From positions 45,521-109,520 of IMG/VR virus record IMGVR_UViG_2630968879_000020: DNA of 64,000 nucleotides. The stretch is one strand, 5' to 3'. Made by a program: the position numbers and the translations under genes. Positions 28,468-37,736 of this stretch are shown here, piece after piece. This DNA comes from a virus. Lineage: Duplodnaviria > Caudoviricetes. Below the pieces are notes generated by a model that did no database searches, had not been told where the DNA came from, and saw only the letters and a list, made by a program, of their open reading frames with translations. Every line of letters begins with the position of its first letter. Positions within the stretch are counted from its first letter, which is position 1.

Positions 28468-28701
28468 ATGATTGACGATTATGAAATTATCAAATCTCGT
28501 CTGTCTTGGTTAAAATATAACGGCGTAAAGCTGGAAATCACAACAAATACTGGCAACGTAATTTCGGGATTTGTGCGTAAGTTTGATAATCAATCGGCTC
28601 TGATTGACACCATCGGCAAGAATGACAGAAACGATTTTAAGACAGTGAACTACTCAGCAATTGAGAGTTTTCATAATGTTGCTGTAGTGCAGGTGGTTTA
28701 A
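28468..28701 (+). CDS. Hfq/Sm-fold-like protein
   Basis: Sm1-like LEITTNTGNVISGFVRKFDN and Sm2-like TVNYSAIES; RBS AAGGA. Confidence 0.6.
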   Translation: MIDDYEIIKSRLSWLKYNGVKLEITTNTGNVISGFVRKFDNQSALIDTIGKNDRNDFKTVNYSAIESFHNVAVVQVV

Positions 28702-30054
28702 ATGTCAGCATCAAAACTTGAATTGGAACATACAAGCGTTTCATTATCCGAACGGTTTGATGATGCTTTTCAGGTAGTACTGGCTGCTTATTACTGCCGT
28801 GATTACCGTTTTGTTACTCAGGCTCACGACTTAGTTGAACCAAAGCAATTTAACAATATGGCTTTAGGTTTTTTGGTCGCTGCAGCCGGTCGTTTTTACA
28901 AGTTATATAAACAGCCACCGTCAATGACTACGTTGGTATCGCTTATTACCAGTGACGTGAAAGACAAGGTTATTCGCAAAGAATACGTGTCGGAGGTCAC
29001 TGCTGCTATAAAAAAAATCAACGAGATAACATTAACTGATTCTCAATATATGGTTGATCAGGTGACATTGTTTGCTCGTTCGATCGCGTTTGATAACGCC
29101 ATGATAAAAGCGGCTGAACTCAAAGATAAAGGTGACTTTGATAAGGCTATGCAAATTATGGAGAAAGTCAAACATCTTGGTGGTCAGGGAAGTAGCGAGG
29201 TATACGATTACTTTAGTGAATCAGCGACACGTTTTGAAGCACGTGAGAAAAAGGCGATTGGTGAAGCGCCACCACAAGGGATCACAACAGGATATCGAGC
29301 ATTGGATGCTTTGTTGTATCACAGTGGATGGGGTCGCAAGGAAATGACCCTGTTTATGGGTTTTGCTAAATCAGGTAAATCGACCGGTATGGGAGAATTT
29401 TCAGTTAACGCAGCACTAGCGGGATTTAACGTTCTTTATATCTCTTTAGAAGTACACAAGGAGATTATTGCAGATCGTTTCGATGCCCGGCTTTCTGAAA
29501 CGGATATGGACGAGCTGGTTGATGGTCGTGATAGGGTATCGAAAAAACTAAAAGAGATTGGAGCTACAGGTAAAGTAGGCAAAATGTTCGTTGTCCAACG
29601 TCCATCAGGCTCTGTTTCACCAAATGATGTTGTCCGTATTGTTGAAGGGATTATCTCTACAGGTGTTACGTTGGATATGCTGGTTGTGGACTATGCCGAC
29701 TTGATGAAATCAAACTATCGTAGCGGTGACGTTAGAGAAGACGTGAAAAGTATCTATACCGACCTTCGAGCTGTTTTTGATACTTACAACGTAGCTGGCA
29801 TTACTGCATCACAGACAAACCGTGAAGGTGGATCGTCAGAAGTTGCGACTATGATGCACGCCGCAGATAACGTTGAAAAAGTCCGTATTGCCGACTTGGT
29901 TATCACTATCAACAAAACAGAAGAAGAAAAAGCCAAAGGCGAAGCTAGATTATTTATTGCAGGTTCTCGTAATCAGAAGGGAGATGTCAGTATTCGTATT
30001 GAACAGAACCTCGATCAGATGCGCTTTATTAAACGAATAATAGATATAATCTAA
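28702..30054 (+). CDS. dnaB: DnaB-like replicative helicase
   Basis: GITTGY, GFAKSGKST, YISLE, VVDYAD, ASQTNR SF4 motifs. Confidence 0.92.
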   Translation: MSASKLELEHTSVSLSERFDDAFQVVLAAYYCRDYRFVTQAHDLVEPKQFNNMALGFLVAAAGRFYKLYKQPPSMTTLVSLITSDVKDKVIRKEYVSEVTAAIKKINEITLTDSQYMVDQVTLFARSIAFDNAMIKAAELKDKGDFDKAMQIMEKVKHLGGQGSSEVYDYFSESATRFEAREKKAIGEAPPQGITTGYRALDALLYHSGWGRKEMTLFMGFAKSGKSTGMGEFSVNAALAGFNVLYISLEVHKEIIADRFDARLSETDMDELVDGRDRVSKKLKEIGATGKVGKMFVVQRPSGSVSPNDVVRIVEGIISTGVTLDMLVVDYADLMKSNYRSGDVREDVKSIYTDLRAVFDTYNVAGITASQTNREGGSSEVATMMHAADNVEKVRIADLVITINKTEEEKAKGEARLFIAGSRNQKGDVSIRIEQNLDQMRFIKRIIDII

Positions 30055-30182
30055 AAGATTGTGACTCCCGATCTAATGAAATTTATATAAAACCACACAG
30101 TTAATAACTTCAAGCAATGAGCCACAAATCGCCAAATAATACCTGTGACTCTTATTATAACTACCTAAAGAAATAGTAGATT

Positions 30183-31310
30183 ATGAGTGCAAACAGCAAT
30201 TTTAGGGAAAAGTTAAACGAATTCGATTTTGAACAGTTTCTTGATCTGGAAGGCATCTCCTATCGCAGAACAACAGGTAAGAATGGACTTGAGTTAAACA
30301 TCCGAGAATGCCCAACTTGTGGCAGTTATGATTGGAAGGTCTACTTCAATCCGAAAACGAAGGTAGGAGTATGTTTTGCCGGTAGCCATCCACAAGATGA
30401 GCAATTCAACCTATACCGGTTTTTACAGAAACATTCTGGTTTAGCTAGACGAGAACTTCATGCCTATATTGATACTCAATTACTTGAGCAAGGCTGGCGA
30501 CCAAAAGAAAAAGAAATTGCTTTAGAGAGTAAAGTCGAGCTGAAAGAAGAAGTACAGCTCCCGCCACATTACTTACTGCCTTTACCTGATGGTCGTATTC
30601 CCGATTATCTTGCTCAGAGAAACATATTTTCTGAACTTATCCGGTATTTTGACTTGCGATTTATTGTGAATGGCTCACACGTTTATCACGACTATAGCGG
30701 TCGTATCTCAATGCAAGATTTTTCAATGCGGATACTTATTCCAATCTACGATTTAACGGGGAAATTGAGTACCTTTCAGGGGCGCGATGTCACTAATACC
30801 TCAGATAAAAAGTACTTGTTCCCATCTACTCTACCGGCATCAGGACGTTTTTTATATAACGGGCACAACGCAATGGGAAAATCTACGGTCGTTATCTTAG
30901 AGGGCGTATTTGACGTATTTGCCGTCAAGCGCGCTTTATTCAGTGATGAATCATTACGCGACTACGTTGAGCCAATAGGCACTTTTGGTATGCACTTGTC
31001 AGGGGCTTTATCAGAAGAAGGGCAAGATCAATTAGGTAGCTTTTTAACACTGAAAGAGACTGGCCTTAAAAACGTCATTTTCCTATGGGACTCAGAGAAA
31101 CAAGCAGTTAAGAACACGATTAAGGCTGCTAAAAAGCTACAGTCTATAGGACTTAACGTGAAGATCGCTGCTTTTACTCGTGAGGGTCAAGATGCCGGTG
31201 AATCTGATGATGATGAAATACTACAAGCTTATTTCTGCTCTAAGTTTTTCAATCACCAATTAGCACTAGAAATGTCAATTAAAGGGCACAATGCGATTCG
31301 TTCTTATTAA
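30183..31310 (+). CDS. DNA primase (Zn finger + TOPRIM)
   Basis: CPTCG, FQGRD, ILEGVFD, LWDSE. Confidence 0.88.
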   Translation: MSANSNFREKLNEFDFEQFLDLEGISYRRTTGKNGLELNIRECPTCGSYDWKVYFNPKTKVGVCFAGSHPQDEQFNLYRFLQKHSGLARRELHAYIDTQLLEQGWRPKEKEIALESKVELKEEVQLPPHYLLPLPDGRIPDYLAQRNIFSELIRYFDLRFIVNGSHVYHDYSGRISMQDFSMRILIPIYDLTGKLSTFQGRDVTNTSDKKYLFPSTLPASGRFLYNGHNAMGKSTVVILEGVFDVFAVKRALFSDESLRDYVEPIGTFGMHLSGALSEEGQDQLGSFLTLKETGLKNVIFLWDSEKQAVKNTIKAAKKLQSIGLNVKIAAFTREGQDAGESDDDEILQAYFCSKFFNHQLALEMSIKGHNAIRSY

Positions 31311-31350
31311 TACCTACCAATATAAGAAATCAAATAGAGGTGAATGCAAA

Positions 31351-32133
31351 ATGAATAAGTCAGTTTATCTTGAAAAAATTGAGTCTTTAGAGGGATTCAG
31401 CACCATTAAAAATGATGAAAGACAGAGTGTCATTGATGCCGGTATGGATGCAATGGAACATGAATTTAATCGACTCACAGCTGAGAAATTCCCTTATTCC
31501 CCAAACGCCCCATGCCTAGAGATACATCATATTCACACTAGCGATGATGGTGTCAGCTATGACCTTGTATATATGAAGGATATGGCTCGTATTAAAACCG
31601 ATAAACCTGTCACCTATATGATTGGTTTTAACGACCATGCGCTCGTAGCCACCGTATCTGATCTCGAACAGAAAAAAGTATCGGAAATGTTCGATCTCTT
31701 TGTCAAAGCTTACCGACAGCAATCTGATGAAGAATTTATTGATTTACCGCTGTCAGTCTTTGCGAAAGCAGTACAACAAAGAGAGGCTTATAAATCAGAA
31801 AAACATGTCGTACTATACCGCAAAGCAATCGCTAATATGCCTGATTATAGCAATATTAAAGGCTCATCAAATGAAGCTCTCACTTTTATTAAAGATTATC
31901 AGGGTGCAGAGATACTACCGAATCTCAGTTCAGCTATAGAAATTGTACTCCATGCTAACGCCTTTGCAGACAATGTCATTAATCGTTCTGCGCGTCTTAC
32001 CTCTAATGCCATTGCAGAAGTTGGAATGATGAAAGAACAAGCTGTTGCATACGGGTTAAAAACAGCCTCATCAAAGATAGCTGAAATTCAACTGCGTGGT
32101 TCTAAATTGGCTGGTATGGCTGGAATGTTTTAA
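31351..32133 (+). CDS. Hypothetical protein
   Basis: RBS GAGGTG before ATG 31351; long ORF. Confidence 0.7.
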   Translation: MNKSVYLEKIESLEGFSTIKNDERQSVIDAGMDAMEHEFNRLTAEKFPYSPNAPCLEIHHIHTSDDGVSYDLVYMKDMARIKTDKPVTYMIGFNDHALVATVSDLEQKKVSEMFDLFVKAYRQQSDEEFIDLPLSVFAKAVQQREAYKSEKHVVLYRKAIANMPDYSNIKGSSNEALTFIKDYQGAEILPNLSSAIEIVLHANAFADNVINRSARLTSNAIAEVGMMKEQAVAYGLKTASSKIAEIQLRGSKLAGMAGMF

Positions 32134-32390
32134 ACCTGTGACTGGCATTGAGCAAGGATTTACATCGGATTGCTCTAATTAAAACCCCGCATCATATTTA
32201 CACAAACACCCCTTATATGGGGTTTTTATGTATACAAGTAATTGTTATGATAATTATCTATACACATACTACCCTTTAAAGGGGTATTAAAGTGGAGATA
32301 ATGAAATGGATAGGATCACAGCAATTAACAAATTAAATGAATTCAGCAAAATGGGAAGAGCCATAGTAGCGAACGGAATCGAAAGTCGCT

Positions 32391-32783
32391 ATGAGAGCAG
32401 ATTTGGCATTTGCGCTCCCAACGATGTCAGAATACGACCCTGTAACAAAAAGCTTTCCAATAGATAACCTCGGCTGTAAAGGCAAACCGAGACGAATAAC
32501 CAATCCTCAACATGTTAGTATAAGTATCAAAAATGATATTTTCTGTAGCTTGCCTGTAACTGATAATATTCAGGTTCAAAAAATTGAGAACCTTAGAGCA
32601 CAGCGTGATTCAGATATATCATACAGCGGTAAGATGTACATGGATGTGTATTCAAATGGTTATCATTTATTTGGAAACATAATTGATGTTGAGCTTAAAA
32701 TATATGATATAAAATCAAGGAGCTATATCTATCAATACAACTATAACCCCGTAAACAATTCAGAGCCATCACCGAAGTCATAA
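32391..32783 (+). CDS. Hypothetical protein, possibly a 5'-degraded remnant
   Basis: 130 aa ORF without a clear RBS. Confidence 0.4.
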   Translation: MRADLAFALPTMSEYDPVTKSFPIDNLGCKGKPRRITNPQHVSISIKNDIFCSLPVTDNIQVQKIENLRAQRDSDISYSGKMYMDVYSNGYHLFGNIIDVELKIYDIKSRSYIYQYNYNPVNNSEPSPKS

Positions 32784-32890
32784 TGCCGCTCCCCTAGAAC
32801 AGTACAAATTAAAGTGGGCGACTGTCATATCAAGTCTGAACTACTACAGTTAAATCAAGGTCGGTTATCCTACCTTGATTTAACAACAAG

Positions 32891-33415
32891 TTATTTAATA
32901 CTTACCATGTAAGTTTGACCTGATTTCAGCTTTCCAATAAATGAATCGGATAACCTATAATTAACATTAGATGAGCGGTTCCGATATTCTTCCCATTTAA
33001 ATATTTCAGATATGCCATCTATTGTTACAGTCAAATCCCGTCTTATCGTATGGGGTTTAAAAATAAGCACCCCACACTCTGTCCAATCATCTCTATAAAG
33101 ACAGAGTTGGGTCAATTTCATTGATTCAAAGAATATGTTTCCTGATGGACTGCTTCCAAATCTCTCAAGAGCACCAAATCTCTCCCCACTAGTTTCTAAC
33201 GCCACCCCATGAGCAAAAACATCATACACATCGTAATTATATTCCTCTTCCCACTCAGCACTCCCAAATGTTAATTTGAATCCTTGTGATTTACCGATGA
33301 AATCAGACATTTTAAAGGTGGGTTTTAAACCTAATTTAGCTCCAGCTTCAAACATTGACCGAAGACCCGTTTCTTTAACGACCTCGCTGCCAACATTTCC
33401 TCCGTTTATAGCCAT
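32891..33415 (-). CDS. T-even gp38-like tail fibre adhesin
   Basis: MAINGGNVGSEVVKETGLRSMFEAGAKLGLKPTFKMSDFIGKS resembles the gp38 N-terminal fibre-binding domain; RBS GGAGG. Confidence 0.7.
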   Translation of the reverse strand: MAINGGNVGSEVVKETGLRSMFEAGAKLGLKPTFKMSDFIGKSQGFKLTFGSAEWEEEYNYDVYDVFAHGVALETSGERFGALERFGSSPSGNIFFESMKLTQLCLYRDDWTECGVLIFKPHTIRRDLTVTIDGISEIFKWEEYRNRSSNVNYRLSDSFIGKLKSGQTYMVSIK

Positions 33416-33489
33416 TTTATCCTCCGTGATAAAAACATATTAAAAACGCACTTATAATACTATGAAATAAAATAATTTTTAGTCAATGG

Positions 33490-33512
33490 CTAAAAAGTGA
33501 CATTACTATATT
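33490..33512 (+). repeat. 23-bp direct repeat, copy 2
   Basis: CTAAAAAGTGACATTACTATATT. Confidence 0.85.
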
Positions 33513-33616
33513 GGTGCTCCTCCACCAGTTTTAGCAACGGACGGTATGTAAAATATTTTGTTTGAGTTTTAGTCAAAAACAGACTAATATGTATATACAA
33601 AAATGTATTTTATGGT

Positions 33617-33910
33617 GTGAAGATGGAGCTTGAATTTGAATGGGATCTCGCAAAAGCGGAAACTAATTTCTGTAAGCACGGGATTCGTTTTGAAGAAGCT
33701 GCTCGTGTTTTTGATGATCCTTTTCACTTGTCAGTACAAGATCGCTTCGAAAACGGCGAATACCGCTGGCAGACAATTGGAGCAGTAAAAGGATATCTGA
33801 TTGTGCTGGTTGCCCACACAATACTATTTGAAGATGGGACTGAAATTATTCGTATCATCAGTGCACGTAAAGCAGAGCGGAACGAGAGAAAACGTTATGA
33901 GCATAGTTAG
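33617..33910 (+). CDS. brnT: BrnT toxin
   Basis: FEWDLAKAETNFCKHGIRF..IRIISARKA. Confidence 0.92.
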   Translation: MKMELEFEWDLAKAETNFCKHGIRFEEAARVFDDPFHLSVQDRFENGEYRWQTIGAVKGYLIVLVAHTILFEDGTEIIRIISARKAERNERKRYEHS

Positions 33911-34190
33911 ATATAAACGAAGTGAATTGCCATCTCTGACTGAAAATCGGAAATCGGAGCTTAAGGCATTGTCTGATAGTGATATTGATTACAGTGATAT
34001 TGCTCCGCTGGAGGATGATTTCTGGAAAAAAGCCGAACGAGGACACTTTTATCGTCCAGTAAAAACTCAGGCTTCGGTCAGGATTGATGCAGATGTTTTG
34101 GCTTGGCTTAAGCAACCGGGAAAAGGTTACCAGACAAGACTTAACGCTATCTTACGTGAAGCCATGATGCGTGATTTACATCAAAAGTAA
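33897..34190 (+). CDS. brnA: BrnA antitoxin
   Basis: IDYSDI..SVRIDADVLAW..GYQTRLNAILR; start ATG 33897. Confidence 0.92.
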   Translation: MSIVRYKRSELPSLTENRKSELKALSDSDIDYSDIAPLEDDFWKKAERGHFYRPVKTQASVRIDADVLAWLKQPGKGYQTRLNAILREAMMRDLHQK

Positions 34191-34273
34191 TGCCCGCGAT
34201 GGCAAACTACAAAAGACACTTACCTGCCTTGAAAAAAGCAGGTAAGTGGGTAAAAAAAGTAGAAAGAAAAGAG

Positions 34274-34480
34274 TTATTGCAGTGGGATAAGTTCTTCGCG
34301 GCTCAGGCCGGTAATTTCCATAACCAGTTCAATACTGTCACCACGTTTTAAGAGGGCACGGGCAATATTTATGGATGCCTCTTTTTGACCTTCCAACTTA
34401 CCTTCTAATTTACCTTCTAATTTACCTTCTAATCTTCCTTCTTCCCGGCCTTTGTCCTGTAATCGTTGTGCAATATTCAC
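34274..34480 (-). CDS. Putative intragenic RpnS antitoxin (68 aa)
   Basis: In-frame GTG at 34480 preceded by AGGAGGTGAT. Confidence 0.65.
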   Translation of the reverse strand: MNIAQRLQDKGREEGRLEGKLEGKLEGKLEGQKEASINIARALLKRGDSIELVMEITGLSREELIPLQ

Positions 34481-35215
34481 AATCACCTCCTGATGGCTAT
34501 CTACCTGTTCAATCAGTTGCTGGATCACTTGTTCAAAATGCGGCGAGTCCATTGTAACAAATAGGTAGTTCATAATAGTCACAACATCGTTGTCACTATT
34601 ATAGTTATGTTTGAGGGCGTGGGCTAATAGCGTGGTAACTGCTTTAAATCCCTCACGCAAATTCTTATGTTTCATCGCCAATTCCATTACGGCGATTTTG
34701 CGATGATTGACCAATTCGTTATCATCAATAACTGTCACATCAACCAGCGGAAACGGATTAAAATACATCTCCTCCGCCAGTTTTGGCAATGAAAAGCATT
34801 GTGTCCAAGCTTGCTGGAAAGGATAAGGACTGGTATCACCATGATAAAACAAAACAGGCACAACTAGCGGCAATTCCTTATTCCCCTGTTGCAAATGCTG
34901 ATTCATCGCCATAAAAGCGTAGTGCATCATTCGCCACGCCATCATTTTATCTGGAGTAGACTGGTGTTCAACAAGCACATAAATATAACCATCACCTTGT
35001 TGAGTTTTCACCGAATAGAGGACATCGGACATTCTTGAACGTAACTGATGATCAATAAAAGAAGAGTTAGTCAATCTTAACGTATCAAAATCACACAGTT
35101 TCTTGATTTTTTCCGATAGATGAATATCAAAAAAATCACGAGCATTCTCAATTCGAGCCATAAATCCTTTGAACGCTGCATCATGAGGTGTGGGGATAGC
35201 CTTTTTATTCTTCAT
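34274..35215 (-). CDS. Rpn/YhgA-like PD-(D/E)XK nuclease
   Basis: TPHDAAFK, SDVLYS, YVLVEHQS, LEGK repeats. Confidence 0.93.
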   Translation of the reverse strand: MKNKKAIPTPHDAAFKGFMARIENARDFFDIHLSEKIKKLCDFDTLRLTNSSFIDHQLRSRMSDVLYSVKTQQGDGYIYVLVEHQSTPDKMMAWRMMHYAFMAMNQHLQQGNKELPLVVPVLFYHGDTSPYPFQQAWTQCFSLPKLAEEMYFNPFPLVDVTVIDDNELVNHRKIAVMELAMKHKNLREGFKAVTTLLAHALKHNYNSDNDVVTIMNYLFVTMDSPHFEQVIQQLIEQVDSHQEVIVNIAQRLQDKGREEGRLEGKLEGKLEGKLEGQKEASINIARALLKRGDSIELVMEITGLSREELIPLQ

Positions 35216-35473
35216 GTTTTCTTATCAAAAAATGATTCCCGCATCCAGTCTACAGTAGAAGAAAGGCGAGTATCAAGTGCAATGGCATAAGACTCTTAAC
35301 CGGCTTACATACAAAAAGATAAGAATTATACCGATTCGCTTATTGATCCAAATAAACCAATCGGTTAAAGTGCTTCCGCCATCGGCAAAATCCGGTGGTC
35401 AAGGCGTCGCGGCCTTGTTACGAACCATCCACTGGTAGGAAGTTTCTGCCAGTGTGCTTGCTATCGCCCTTTC

Positions 35474-35555
35474 AATGGCGGTTCAGGTAGGGAAGGCTAA
35501 TGCCTTGCCGGAAGATGGTTCCCGGTCCGCGAACCCTGCCTTGAATCGCCACCAT
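35474..35555 (+). ncRNA. C4-like antisense RNA with upstream a1/b1-type targets
   Basis: Closing stem ATGGCGGTTCAGGTAGGG / CCCTGCCTTGAATCGCCA; GATGGTTC and CCGCGA are complementary to GAACCATC (35422) and TCGCGG (35407). Confidence 0.65.
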
Positions 35556-35585
35556 CAATATTAATTAATGGAAGGGGTAGCAGGA

Positions 35586-35849
35586 ATGTTCAATACCAAA
35601 AATGACTGGCATCAAGCTGATATAATTGCAGCCATACGCAAACAAGGAACAACCTTAGCCGCAGTCTCCCGTGAAGCGGGACTCAGTTCATCAACATTAG
35701 CAAATGCCCTATCGCGAGAGTGGCCTAAAGGCGAATGGATAATTGCTAACTATCTCGGAATCCATCCCTCAGAAATCTGGCCTAGTCGATACTTTGACAA
35801 AAATGGTCAACCAATTGAACGTAAACCTCGCAACAATTCTCAGGAATAA
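35586..35849 (+). CDS. Ner/SfsB-like HTH regulator
   Basis: DWHQADIIAAIRK..SSTLANAL..WPKGE..IWPSRY. Confidence 0.9.
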   Translation: MFNTKNDWHQADIIAAIRKQGTTLAAVSREAGLSSSTLANALSREWPKGEWIIANYLGIHPSEIWPSRYFDKNGQPIERKPRNNSQE

Positions 35850-35892
35850 TTATCAAATTATTACCCAAGCGCAGTAATTGTAGAGGTAAGCT

Positions 35893-36315
35893 GTGTGTAG
35901 TAATCCTATTCCACTAAAACAAGCCATGTACCGTGCAGGTTTGGCAGTGTCTCTATTTAAATTCATTTTCGAAAAAGCGAAAAATGAGTGCTCAATAGAT
36001 TTAAATAACCTGATTGCACTGGTGAATGATATCAATCAGGACGTTCACCATGCCCTTTTGAAACATTCACCAAAGCCATTAACACTAAAATTACTGAGTT
36101 ACGTAAAACATAAGAAACCTATCTCATTAGATCAGGCGATGTATCGGGCGGGTTTAGGAACCTCTTTATTTGAAGTGATTCTCGACAAAACCAGCAACAA
36201 TTGTTCAACCGAATTACATGATCTGATTTCGTTAGCATGTGATATCAATCAAGAAGTTTATCATTCACTTGTAGCCGAGGTTTATAAAGATACTCCTGAA
36301 AATGATCTTACTTAG
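35893..36315 (+). CDS. Hypothetical protein with an internal duplication
   Basis: Two copies of PIxLxQAMYRAGLxxSLF...DINQxVxHxL. Confidence 0.7.
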   Translation: MCSNPIPLKQAMYRAGLAVSLFKFIFEKAKNECSIDLNNLIALVNDINQDVHHALLKHSPKPLTLKLLSYVKHKKPISLDQAMYRAGLGTSLFEVILDKTSNNCSTELHDLISLACDINQEVYHSLVAEVYKDTPENDLT

Positions 36316-36374
36316 TAAATAAATTGATTTTTTGTTCATTTATCCAATGGGCTAATCCACCCTAAACCCATTCA

Positions 36375-36512
36375 AAAATTGGCGGTTATCGCAGCTACCC
36401 AGTCATTACTCCATTCAGAGCACAACTGACGAGGTTTACCCTGCAAAGTGAGCAGGATGTAGCGGTAACCCTGTTAGGGAATGGGAAGATAGCTGCGATA
36501 ATCGCCAATTTT
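36375..36512. repeat. MITE-like element with 23-bp terminal inverted repeats (dispersed repeat family)
   Basis: AAAATTGGCGGTTATCGCAGCTA ... TAGCTGCGATAATCGCCAATTTT, one mismatch. Confidence 0.75.
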
Positions 36513-36649
36513 CCTCAACTCCAGCCATAAGAGCAAAAACGTTCGTTTGCGCAATCCCATTCCGCTGATCAGTAGATCAGTGGCTTATCCATTGCCCAGC
36601 GTGTAATATTACAGTATACTATTACACATCATGTAATACGGTTCGGACA

Positions 36650-36928
36650 ATGATTAAATCATTCAAGCACAAAGGATTGAAGCAACTTTTTGAAAAAGGA
36701 ATTACTTCTGGTATACCAGCGCAAGATGCCGAGAGGATTAACGACCGTTTACAGGCCATCGATACAGCAAATGAAATAAGCGAGTTAAACCGTCAAATCT
36801 ACAAACTTCACCCGTTGAAAGGAGATCGCGAAGGTTATTGGTCTATTACAGTCCGAGCTAACTGGCGCATTACTTTTCAGTTCGTCAACGGTGATGCTTA
36901 TATTTTGAATTATGAGGATTATCATTAA
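36650..36928 (+). CDS. higB: HigB toxin
   Basis: [32 protein letters not shown]. Confidence 0.93.
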   Translation: MIKSFKHKGLKQLFEKGITSGIPAQDAERINDRLQAIDTANEISELNRQIYKLHPLKGDREGYWSITVRANWRITFQFVNGDAYILNYEDYH

Positions 36929-37242
36929 TGAGACAGTTTAAAATTTCCCACCCAGGAGAGATTATCGCCAGAGATTTGGCTGATATGGGCATTAGTGGTC
37001 GTCGTTTTGCGCTCAATATCGGAGTAACTCCCGCTACTGTATCGCGTTTTCTTGCTGGTAAAACTGCGTTAACTCCACCATTAGCAATTCGCATCGCTGC
37101 CGCGCTGGGAAGCACACCTGAGTTTTGGTTACGTCTCCAGAGTGCTTATGACCTGCGTCAATTGGAAAATAAAATCGACACGTCTGGGATCGTTTTATAC
37201 GGCGACCAAGACGAAACCTTGCAGGTCACTTCAAAGCATTAA
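36928..37242 (+). CDS. higA: HigA antitoxin
   Basis: [23 protein letters not shown]. Confidence 0.93.
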   Translation: MRQFKISHPGEIIARDLADMGISGRRFALNIGVTPATVSRFLAGKTALTPPLAIRIAAALGSTPEFWLRLQSAYDLRQLENKIDTSGIVLYGDQDETLQVTSKH

Positions 37243-37281
37243 GCAATAGTAAATGTGGGGCTACGCCAGCCTCGCATTTGC

Positions 37282-37314
37282 TGGAGGTTATCGCAGCTAC
37301 CCAGTCACTACCCC
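37282..37314 (+). repeat. Dispersed repeat copy after higA
   Basis: TGGAGGTTATCGCAGCTACCCAGTCACTACCCC, direct repeat of 36380..36412. Confidence 0.8.
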
Positions 37315-37609
37315 CGCCATTTTCAGAATTCATCTTTCCGCTTTCTTATTCTGTGCGCTGTAAACCCCGTTCTTCAGGATGGGAAGGATATCAAGATAGC
37401 AACTTTTGATAGCTGTTTTTTACCAAATCAAAATGTAGACAATTTGATAATTCTTTGAAGAAAGGTTGTTATTTTAGGAGACATTCCACTAGACCCCAAA
37501 TAGGTGCAAAGTACTAACTCGTATATTTCACTCCCCCTTTGGTTGAGATCTCTGTGAAGTTCCAATCACAGCATCGATAAAAATAGTATATGAAATAGAT
37601 AAAAAATTT

Positions 37610-37661
37610 TTGACTTTCTGAGTTGTGGAATTTACAGTTCATATGCTGTATATAAATACAG
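37610..37661 (+). promoter_or_regulatory. Sigma70 promoter with LexA (SOS) box for the colicin gene
   Basis: TTGACT-N17-TACAGT, then CTGTATATAAATACAG at 37646..37661. Confidence 0.85.
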
Positions 37662-37736
37662 CATCTATAAGTTCAATATGTATACGAACATAGTAGACAA
37701 AAAATTAATTAAGACTCACTGAACAGGAGGTTCACT

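Noticed and set aside
33801-33896. N-terminal extension of BrnA
   Set aside because: Overlaps brnT extensively; ATG 33897 gives a normal-length BrnA
37255-37458. 67-aa ORF after higA
   Set aside because: Runs across repeat remnants, no RBS or recognisable motif
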